NCBI GenBank assembly: GCA_043228905.1
Contig: JBHGNT010000016.1
Location: forward strand, 14,632,001-14,696,000
Direction of reading: 5' to 3'
Source of the DNA: Azolla caroliniana
Taxonomy: Eukaryota; Plantae; Polypodiophyta
DNA: 64,000 nt
Positions within the stretch are counted from its first letter, which is position 1; every line of letters starts with the position of its first letter. Below the pieces are notes generated by a model. It did not search any database, was not told the DNA's origin, and saw nothing but the letters and a program-made list of their open reading frames with translations. Positions 11,034 to 21,500 of the stretch are shown here, one piece after another. Position numbers and translations under genes: made by a program.

Positions 11034-14000
11034 TGTCGTGGAGAAAACCGTCCCTAGACAGAAACCGGGTATAATGTGCGTAAACCGGCCCTTACACATG
11101 GGCACAAGTTTTGTTGTATAGTACGTAGGTAGGTACAAGTCGCCTAAGGCGAAATCCTAGGTAGTACGCGTTCGGTAGGGAGGAAATCGAGGTGTATCCC
11201 TGTCCGAAAGGACAGGGAATAAACATGATGTAACGAGTGGTAACGGCCTCCCTCCTTGGGTTATAAAAGATAGGGAGAAGTGAGAGAAAGATATCGCATT
11301 TTGGGGAGCGAGGAGGAAGTGCTATCGAACCGGGACCGAGCTCTCTCCTCCATTGTTCAACTTTCTCTGCAGGATTTCGGACTGTGTAGCCTCTGCTTCG
11401 TGGACAGCCCGTGTGCTTCCGGCAGAGGCTCCACTATGCAATCGGGATGTGTGCATGCGTGAGCATCATGTGTGTGTGTGTGTGTCCGCCTGGGTTGGGT
11501 CCGTCGCCAGCTTGCCAGTTGTAATCGTTGTCGATTGTAATTAAGACTTTTTTCTCTATCTCTTTCCTCCTCTGTGTTTCTGCAAGCTGATCTCTCTGTG
11601 TTCCTCCTCTGACTCCATCGCGGACTTGGTGAAGCGGAAGAGGCTCTCGACAGAACCGGAACTGGAGAGGCCGGTGGAAGTGCGGACGACACACTTAGAG
11701 GACACGGCCCTAGAGGATGAGTTGGCGGAAAGCCACTACGCGAAGCCGCATTGGGTTAGGGCCACTACGGAAACCCCTTGTTCGGATTGGCAATGTCCAA
11801 GAGCCGGTGATGGCATTGGTAGAACACGGTTCGGAGATCAACCTAATGTCCATGGACTTCTATAAAAGGGGGAAATGGCCGATCAACACCAAGCACGGGT
11901 GGAAGATACGCGCGGCGATGCACACTACAGAGGAGCTGCATGGTGCGTGCCCGAATGTACGCGTGAAGATCGACGACGTCGAGATAGATCAGCACTTCTT
12001 TGTGCCGGAGACTTCCTCGCACCCGGTAATTTTCGGCGAACTGTACATTACGGCAGCGCGCATGGAGACGAAAGTACTGGACAACGGTTCGGCGTATGCG
12101 CGCGTCAAGAGCCAAGACACCCTGGAAAAACCCCATAAATGTACTATAGGCAAAAACACCTGTACCATAGGTAGAAAATTTTGGTTCTCCGATAGCGGCG
12201 GTTGTACGATAGACGGCGTAATTGGCCGGGAAAAGAAGCGGACGGAGGAGCGGCTTTGGGCGTGCGAAGTCCTCAGCCCTGAAGAGGAAATCAATGGAGC
12301 CGTGCAGGCAGTCTCTTTCGACGACACCTTGGGGAAGTTATGGGAGGTGTTCGGAGAAGGCCTTAATGAGGACCGGATGATTCCGGTATGTTCGGAAAAC
12401 ATGTACGAAGTCATCGCCGACTTCGGTAGTGGACTCGAGTCGGATCGGACGGCCCAAGTGGATACGAAGTACAAGACTGTGGACCGGAAGGTGAGGCCAG
12501 TCGTGGAACCCTTGCCGGAGGGCAGCGAGTTACGGATAAAGGGGGTTGCATCAAACCCAAGTTTACGAACTCCGGCCAGCATAGGACACACGTTCACCGA
12601 CGTAACACTACGGGAGCTCAAGATCAGTGGGGGTGGCTTTCTACTACCGGCGGAAGAGGACCGGTTTCGGAGAATGCTCGGGAGGCACAGGAAGGCTTTC
12701 GCATTCTCACTAGATGAGATCGGGTGCGTCGACCCGAAGGTTGTGGAATCAATGGTGATCTTCACGGTACCGCATGTGCCGTGGAGTCTCAAACCGATTC
12801 CAGTACCCAGAGCTCACATCCCGAAGCTGATGGAGCTACTGAAACAGAAGGTGGAGATGGGCATCCTCGAACCGTCAAGTGCCCCATATTCGAATCGGTG
12901 GTTTACCGTGCCGAAGAAGAACGGCACACTGTGCTTCATACAGGACCTACATACGGTCAACAAGGTGACCATTCGAAACGCAGGTATCGGACCGACCATT
13001 GATGAGTTCGCGGAGGCCTTCGCAAGGAGGTCGATCTACTCGATCGGGGACCTGTACTCAAGCTACGATCAGTTCCAGCTAGCCATAGAGAGCAGGGATG
13101 TCACGACGATGCAGACTCCTCTCGGCCTAGTTCGGATGTGTACCTTGCCGCAAGGAGGAACGAACTCGGTGGCGCACATGGTGAATGCGATGAACAAGGT
13201 GTTGAGGGACTGCATTCCAGACATCACCATGCCGTTTCTGGACGACATCCCGATCAAAGGATATCCAGTGGAGGACAAGGACGAGTCTATCGGGCCCGGC
13301 GGTTGCCGAAGGTTTGTGACGGATCACATCTACAAGAAAGTGCTACAAAGACTTGATAGCGCGCGGCTCACCTTATCCGGAGAAAAATCAGCATTCGGAC
13401 AGCTGGAGATCCTGGTAGTCGGACACCTGTGCGGGCCCTATGGCCGGAAACCGTCCCCGGCAAAGGTAGAGGCCATCTCCGTGATGAAGGACGATTGCGG
13501 GTCGGTTATGGAGGTCCGCAGATTCTTGGGTGCATGCACGTTCTACCACATCTGGATTCCGCACTACGCACATGTCACGGAACCACTCTAGAGGCTATTG
13601 AAGAAAGGGTGTAGGTTCGAGTGGAGGACGGAGCACATGGAGTCGGTCTGGAGGCTGAAGGAGGCGCTTGCTGCGGCACCGGCTCTCCGGAAAGCGGTTT
13701 ACGGCAAGTCGCCATCTACGTGACGGTGGACACGAGCCCGATCGGGATCAGGTGGGTGATCAGTCAGGAGGACAAGGACGGCGTACAGTTCCCAATCTGT
13801 TTCGGGGCGAAGGTATTGAGCGAGTGGCAGCGAGGATACGCCCAAGTTCAGCGCGAGTTGTGGGGTATCGTTTCGGCAGTAAAGGCCGACAAGGACTATC
13901 TGATCGGGACGGAAGTGGTCATCGAGACGGACTGCCAACCGATTCTAGGTCTGGTCTCCGGATGCGCGACTCCGGACCTGGCGATGCTCAGGTGGATCGC

Positions 14001-16243
14001 GTACATCAAGTCCCTGAACCCGGAGATACGACACATCTCCGGGAAAGATAATGCCATGGCCAATATGCTTTCAAGGGCGCAGTTCAGTGACGAGGACGGC
14101 ATGGTTTCAGATAACGAGGAAGTCGGCGAGGATTTCTTCGGATCAGCCAACCTAGCAACAGGGAAGGGGAGCACTCCGGCGCTTAACGAATTCGACGAGA
14201 GCAAGTACGACGGGGAGTGGCTCCAGATCGGCGGGTTCCTAAAGGCAATGACACCGGACACGGAATGGACGAAGGAAGAGGCCAACTGGATTCGGAAGAA
14301 AGCGTACCGATTCTTTCTACGGGATGGGAGCATATGGAAGCACCCGAAGAAGAGAGACGGCATCCCGCTCCGAGTGGTGGCGAAGAAAGAGGAATAGGAA
14401 GAATTGATGACGGCGTACCACGAGAGTCCCTAGGCTGGACACCGCGGGATGTGGGCCACATTCGAGAAGCTAAAGGGGAAGTACTGGTGGTCGGGACTAT
14501 ACCGAGACGTGCATCGGTTCGTGACGACTTGCGAAAGCTGTCAGGTGCACTCCATAGTCCGACATCGGGACGAGCTCCACCCGACCTACCCTCCAACTGT
14601 CCACTTCAAGTGGATGGTGGATCTTGTGACGATGTTGATGGGGGTAGGGCGGATGCGGTATTTGGTGCTGGCTCGGGAGGACCTGATGAACCAGGTGGAA
14701 GGCCGAGCATTGCAGAGGAAAACGACCACCGCCGAGCGCCGATTTCTGATCGAAGAAGTGGTATGCCGGTACGGGTGCGTAGGTAAGATCGTGGCCGACC
14801 GCGGGGAATTGGATGCACAAGAGGCGGAAGAGCTGTTTGACCGGCTACGAATTAAACTCTCGCTCACCACGGCGTACAATCCGGAGGCTAACGGGAAGGT
14901 GGAGCGTGGACACGGGCCAATCATCAAAGCGTTGGTACGGGCGTGGGGAGGCCATGTCGGGAACTGATTGTGGGCGGACCGAACTACGCACAGTTCAGTA
15001 ACCGGGTTCATGCCGGCAGAGCTAATGTATAGGCAGAAGCCGATCATGGCAACGGAGCAGACAATCTCCTCATGGGCCACGGTGTAATGGAACAACGAGA
15101 TGAGCCAGGAGGAGTTGTTAGCGGCACCGATTCGGCAGCTGGAACGAAGACCGGAGGACGTGGACCGAGCCACGGAGAAGCTACGGGTGGCGAGGGTAAT
15201 GAACAAAGGACGGTTTGACCGGACTCACCGACTGAGACTGAAGAAGATCGAGGAAGGCGACTGGGTTCTGGTGTATGACAGCAGCCTCGACAACCAACAC
15301 CAGGCAACGCAGAAGTTTGGAAGAAGATGGTTCGAGCGCCAACGACAATGGGACCTACCATCTTGCAGAGCTTGATGGGACAAGGATGGCGGTACCGATG
15401 GCGGGGAAAAGGATCAAAGCATTCAAAAAGTGGCACGAGGCTGAACCAGACCCGGACGACCTGGATAGCGACAACGACCGACTCGGAACGGATGCCGATC
15501 CGGAAGACGAAGGATAAGCGTGGGCTGGTCTTCTTTGGCAAGAGGCTAATTTTGGCGCATACCAGTAGATGCGCGGTTAGGTGGGGGCGGATGTCGTGGA
15601 GAAAACCGTCCCTAGGCGGAAACCGGGTATAACGTGCGTAAACTGGCCCTTACACATGGGCACAAGTTTTGTTGTATAGTACGTAAGTAGATACAAGTCG
15701 CCTGAGGCGAAATCCTAGGTAGTATGCGTTCGGTAGGGAGGAAATCGAGGCGTATCCCTGTCCAAAAGGACAGGGAATAAACATGATGTAATCAGTGGTA
15801 ACAGCCTCCCTCCTTGGGTTATAAAAGAGAGGGAGAAGTGAGAGAAAGATATCGCGTCTTGGGGAGCGAGGAGGAAGTGTTGTCGAACCAGGACCGAGCT
15901 CTCTCCTCCATTGTTCGACTTTCTCTGCAGGATTTCGGACTGTGTAGCCTCTGCTTCGTGGACAACCCATGTGCTTCTGGCAGAGGCTCCACTGTGCAGT
16001 CGGGCTGTGTGCATGGGTGAGCATCATGTGTCTGTGTGTGTGTCCGCCTGGGTTGGGTCCGTCGCCAGCTTGCCAGTTGTAATCGTTGTCGATTGTAATT
16101 AAGACTTTGTTCTTTGTCTCTTTCCTCCTCTGTGTTTTTGCAAGTTGCTCTCTCTCTCTCTCTCCCCTCTATCTCACGCCCCTTGGTTCAAGGCCCCCGC
16201 GGTCCCACCTCTTTTCGAATGCGAAGAGCGTAACAACACGACA
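11034..16243 (+). mobile_element. Element E: Ty3/Gypsy without chromodomain, fungal-like pol, U5/PBS/gag deleted
   Basis: 5' LTR 11034-~11590 (truncated), 3' LTR 15592-16243 (TGTCGTG..CACGACA), PPT AGGTGGGGGCGGA, flanks ACGT/ACGC. Confidence 0.9.
11717..15517 (+). pseudogene. Element E pol (PR-RT-RNaseH-IN), interrupted
   Basis: Protease-like ALVEHGSEIN; RT LPQGGTNS and PFLDD; RNaseH VDTSPIGI and RELWGI; integrase CESCQ and YNPEANGKVER. Contains stops and frameshifts. Confidence 0.9.
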
Positions 16244-17664
16244 ACGCGCTCTATCTTGAGCTGTTTTTATATTATCTCGTGCAATATGCAACATATCCTG
16301 CATATCCCGAAGAAAGTTTTGCGTACTTCGCAACTCATCATGATGTATATTAACATCAATCGGGGCTCGTGGCTGAAAACCATACATCAACATAAAAGGA
16401 CTATATCCCGTCGGCGTATGCTTGGAGCTGTTATAAGCAAACTCCAAAATTGGGAGATAACGTTCCCATTTTTTTGGTTTTGCACCAACGTATGCTCGAA
16501 GCATGTCCTCAAGAATTTGATTTACTCGTTCTGTTTGTCCATCGGATTGAGGATGATCCGTGGAGCTCATGCTCAACGTAATTTCTAACTTCTTAAAGAC
16601 TTGTGTCCAAAAGTTACTAGTAAATTTTTGATCTCGATCACTCACAATATCCATCGGTAACCCATAAAAACAAAATAACTCGTCAACGAATTGGTAAGCC
16701 AATTCAAGAGTTGTTACCGTGGTTTTAGTAGCAATAAATCTAGCCATTTTAGTTAGTCTATCAACAACAAACCAAATGGCATCATGGCCTTTTTGGGTGC
16801 GAGGATGGCTAACAATAAAATCCATGGATATACTTTCCCACTTATTATTGGGAATGTCCAAGGGATGTAAAAGTCTTACGGCTTTAAGTCGCTCGGCTTT
16901 GTTAACCTGACATTGGTGACATTTAGTCACATAGCTATGTATGTCAGGGCGCATCTTAGGCCAATAGAATTGAGTGGAGATGAGAACAAGTGTGCAATGT
17001 ATTCCAGGGTGCCCTGCTAAGGGTGCATCATGGCATTCAAAAAGAATCCTCTTTTTGACCTCGGGGAAATCTGGAACACAAACCTTCCCATTACGGTAGA
17101 GCTAATCGTTAGCAATTGTCAAGATTCGAACTCTTGACACGACCATGTTATAATCTACTATTATGAGTTAACCAAGATATCTAGTACTAGTTATGTATGT
17201 AATTGGTCCTTATTATTTTGCTAGCATCATGTGCATAGTTGCTCCCTTGTAGTATTTACACTTGGCACATGCATGCATACCTACATGCTCTATTGTAGAT
17301 TCACATGCGTGCAACAAGTGTGCATGCCATGTAGTATAAATAGAGGAGTTCACCTTGAAGGAATTCAAGGTGAACAACACCAGTTATGGAGTCTTTCCTT
17401 TAGTACTATCTTCTTTCTTGTCCATTTGGTTATCTTCTTGCTTGTCTCTTGAGTTTATGATCCGTGACAGTTTGTTCACCTTCCAACTAGAAGCATCACC
17501 CGTCTTCGTCATCACCCTTGCTTCTAGAGTTACCATCGTCACCGTACCATCATCAACATCGCTTCATTTCCTATCTTCCTCGCCATTTCTATCTCCTAGT
17601 TTCTTCTCATCATTTTCATTGGCTTTTAGATTCTCCTCATCTTTGTCTCTATTTTTTAGTTTCT

Positions 17665-18205
17665 TTCGTGTTCGTGTTCGTGTTCCAGTTCCCGGTGAGG
17701 GCCGCACAAAGCCACTCACTCCCGTTGATGTTCGTGTTCCAGTTCCCGGTGAGGTCTGCACAAGGCCGCTCACTCCCGTTGGTGTTCATGTTCTAGTTCC
17801 CAGTGAGCGCCGCATGGTCGTTCACGCCTGTTGGTGTTCGAGTTCCCGGTGAGGGCCGCATGGTCGCTCATGCCCGTTCGTGTTCCTGTTCCAGTGAGGG
17901 CCACATGGTCGCTCACTCCCGTTCGTGTTCCAGTCTCTGGTGAGAACTGCACATGGTCGCTCACTCCAACTATTGTTCGTGTTCCAGATCTTGGTGAGGA
18001 CCGACATGGTCGCTCATGCCCGTTGTTGTTCGTGTTCCAGTTCCCGGTGAGGACCACACATGGTTGATTACTCCCGTTTGTGTTCCTGTTCCTGCTGAGG
18101 GCCACATGGTCGCTCACTCATTCGTGTTCCATTTCTCGGTGAGGACAACATGGTTGCTCACGCCTGTTGGTGTTTGTGTTCCAACTCTCAGTGAGGACCG
18201 TTCTA
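17665..18205 (+). repeat. Tandem array of ~11 degenerate 44-54-bp units in element G
   Basis: Approximate consensus gttcgtgttccagttcccggtgagggccgcacatggtcgctcactcccgttggt. Confidence 0.9.
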
Positions 18206-18582
18206 GTTCCCGCCTTCCATCCCACTTCCGGATTCACGATGTTTTTCATGTCTCCCTCCTCGAACCCCATTATGCTTCACAACTCCCAGGACGTCAAGCC
18301 CCACCACCACCACCTGTGCAGTTGACGACAGGGGAGGAATACGAGGTCGACCAAATCCTTGACTCGCGTTGGCACCGTCGACACTTGCAATACCTCGTCC
18401 TATGGAGGGGTTACCCCATGTCTGAGGCCACATGGGAACCATCGGCAAATTTACAAAATGCCCCAGAGGTCGTCCAAGATTTTCATCACCGATATCCCCA
18501 CAAACCAGCGGCCGATTTGGGAAGGCGGCGTAAGAGGGGGGATAATGTCAAGATTCGAACTCTTGACACGACCATGTTATAA
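18016..18582 (+). CDS. Repeat-derived N-terminus fused to integrase tail and chromodomain
   Basis: IHDVFHVSLLEP, then EYEVDQILDSR..YLVLWRGYPMSEATWEP, a group I chromodomain with aromatic residues intact. Confidence 0.7.
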   Translation: MPVVVRVPVPGEDHTWLITPVCVPVPAEGHMVAHSFVFHFSVRTTWLLTPVGVCVPTLSEDRSSSRLPSHFRIHDVFHVSLLEPHYASQLPGRQAPPPPPVQLTTGEEYEVDQILDSRWHRRHLQYLVLWRGYPMSEATWEPSANLQNAPEVVQDFHHRYPHKPAADLGRRRKRGDNVKIRTLDTTML

Positions 18583-21500
18583 TCTACTATTATGAGTTAA
18601 CCAAGATATCTAGTACTAGTTATGTATGTAATTGGTCCTTATTATTTTGCTAGCATCATGTGCATAGTTGCTCCCTTGTAGTATTTACACTTGGCACATG
18701 CATGCATACCTACATGCTCTATTGTAGATTCACATGCGTGCAACAAGTGTGCATGCCATGTAGTATAAATAGAGGAGTTCACCTTGAAGGAATTCAAGGT
18801 GAACAACACCAGTTATGGAGTCTTTCCTTTAGTACTATCTTCTTTCTTGTCCATTTGGTTATCTTCTTGCTTGTCTCTTGAGTTTATGATCCGTGACAGC
18901 AATGTGGAAGTATTCCTTCGAGGATGTGGTGGTGTCTGTTCCAGACTCAAGTCTTGCCCAGCCAATAGAATTGAGTGGAGATGAGAACGAGTGTGCAATG
19001 TATTCCAGGGTGCATCATGGCATTCAAAAAGAATCCTCTTTTTTACCTCGAGTAAATTTGGAACAAAAACCTTCCCATTACAGTAGAGCTGACCGTTAGC
19101 AATGTGGAAGTATTCCTTCGAGGATGTGGTGGTGTCTGTTCCAGACTCAAGTCATGCCCAGTATTTTGCAAAATAACTGTCATCAGGATACTTTCCTCGA
19201 AGGTGATCATAAAGATTTGATGATATTTCAATGAAGCTAAGTATGTTAACTTCATGGATGCGACTTAGTGCATCAGCGACAGTGTTCATGGAACCTTTAC
19301 GATATCGTATGGAAAAATCAAAGTCCCGGATGAGATCAGCCCATCGTGCCTTACGACCTTTCAGGTCTTGTTGGTCACAAAAATATTTCAAGGACTCATG
19401 GTCCGTAGTTACCACAAAGCAATTTCCATAAAGATAATGGCGCCATGTTTTGAGTGCATGTATAACTCCAAATAATTCCTTTTCTTGAACGGTATACCGA
19501 CATTGAGAAGAGTCAAGTTTCCAACTCTCGAATGCTATTGGTTTACCATCTTGATATAAGACAGTGCCTATAGCATAATCGCTTGCATCGGTTTCAACCT
19601 CAAAAAGTTTTGAAGGATCTGGTAAAAGAAGTGAAGGAGCCTTGCACACCAGGTCCTTGAGTTCCTTGAAGACGAGGTCTAGTGTAGCATTCCAGACAAT
19701 AGGTTTTGTAGACTTAGGCATTTGACCTTTTAGAAGTAAACGTCATCGTCAATTGGGAGTAATTACAAAGGGACTTTCGCAAAAACCAGACAAAACCAAG
19801 GAATGATCGAACTTCTCGAATGTTCCGAAGAGTGGGCCAAAGCTTGATTTTCTCGATGCGAGAAGGATCAATTTCAACTCCTCGTTTGGTTATGAGATAT
19901 TCAAGATAAGTAATTGATTTCTTGAAGAACTCACATTTTGAGATCTTCGCATAAAACTGTTTGTCACGCAATGTTTGTAAAACAAAGCGGACATGTTTAG
20001 CATGTTCATGTAATGTATGGCTATAAACTAAAATATCATCCAAGAAAATAACGACAAATTTTCCAAGTTGTTCTCGGAAAATGTCATTCATTTCTTGTTG
20101 AAATGTAGCCGGAGCATTGGTCTAACCAAAAGGCATAACCAAAAACTCATACTAGCCATAGCACATACGAAATGCCGTTTTAGGAACATCGTCCTCACTT
20201 ATACGTATTTGATGGTAGCCAGTACGGAGATCAAGTTTCATAAAATACTGAGCTCCCTGGAGACGGTCAATTAGATCGTCAGCCCGGGGCAATGGATACG
20301 AATTCTTGATCGTCACTTTATTCAAGCGTCGGTAATTAATGCACATACGCCATGTGCCCTCTTTCTTTTTAACCAAGAGAACTGGTGCACCCCATGGAGA
20401 TTTACTATAACGTATATAACGCATTCGTAAATAGTCCTTGAGTTGCTTAGATACCTCATCCTCTTCGGATCGACTTAAGCGATAAGGAGGTATACTTATT
20501 GGTGCAACGCCTGGTACAATATCTATACAATGGTCTATATTACGTTTAGGAGGTAACCCATCTGGTAGTTCATTCGGAAAAACATCACGAAACTCATTTA
20601 AGATTTCATCAAGTTGTTGTTGTTCAAAACATGTTAATTGAACCGAGACATTATCGATATTGTAAACGTGAATGTCCGGATCAAGTACACAATAAAATAG
20701 AGTAGAACAAGACAACTCGGATATTGATGGAGAGGAAATAATCGAGAGGGATTGGTTTTTTACACATTGAATAAAATGAGTACAATCATTCAGTACAAAG
20801 GAAATGGAATGATGAACCCAATTGATAGATAAAGAAGAGTTTTTTATTATAGAACCAAGGATAACCCAGTATTACATCAGTGGTACAAAGATTCATTACA
20901 TGGAAGCCTACTTCCTCTATGTAAGTATCAATAGAAATTCCTAATGAATGAATCGCCCCGTTGATGTATTGTACTCTTCCATCAGTCAAGTGCACCGTAT
21001 AGGTGTGATCACTTACGTTGGGTTTGATTCCCCATATCTGAACCAAACGATCATTCACAAAATTGTGTGAGCTTCCCGAATCAAACAAAAATTGTACGGG
21101 AGATCCATTGATATACCCGTTTGCATGTAGTAAATCATTGGGACCGAATACATAGTGAGGGAAAGAACATTGACAATTACTTAAATGATGTGTATAGACC
21201 TGAAGGACATTAGGAATCTGACCTTCATGGTCTGCAGCTTTAGCTTTGCTATCATGCTCTTTCTGTTGGAGCTTTCGACATTGCTCTTTTGTATGACCCT
21301 TCTTTTTGTAGTATACGCAAAAAGGATGTTGTCGCTTACAATTGCAATCCATGAATTCATTGGGTGTCTTGCGTTTCCCAACAAATTGCGACTGCTTAGT
21401 CACGGGCGCTTCGTTGGGTTTGTTGTAGTCCTTCTTCGAAGTGCGTAGATAGCAAAGAATTATTTCAACGGCCTCTTCGAAGGATTTTAGATCCTTATCG

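Larger units (their letters stand above)
1..11979 (+). repeat. Segmental duplication copy 1 (paralogous to 54268-61168)
   Basis: Position 1 matches 54268 (offset 54267). The offset becomes 54827 after a 560-bp deletion near 3018, and 49201 after the 5626-bp element B insertion. Near-identical ORF pairs occur at these offsets (493/54760, 9596/58797, 10659/59860). Confidence 0.97.
17117..18898 (+). mobile_element. Element G: young 1782-bp non-autonomous chromovirus derivative
   Basis: 353-bp LTRs at 17117-17469 and 18546-18898, apparently identical. TSD GCAAT, PPT AAGAGGGGGGATAA, no gag or RT, self-priming PBS. Confidence 0.96.
16960..19160 (-). repeat. ~200-bp tandem duplication in element C pol; first copy split by element G
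   Basis: gccaatagaattgagtgg at 16960 and 18961. The second copy shows the empty site ttagcaatgtgg at ~19097. Confidence 0.85.

Noticed and set aside
3541-15632. Many overlapping antisense or alternate-frame ORFs (e.g. 4527-5414, 11989-12792; also 62170-63574)
   Set aside because: Shadow ORFs of GC-rich retroelement coding sequence with no recognisable domains.
17665-18205. CRISPR-like array
   Set aside because: Units are homologous along their whole length with no unique spacers, there are no cas genes, and the context is a eukaryotic retroelement.
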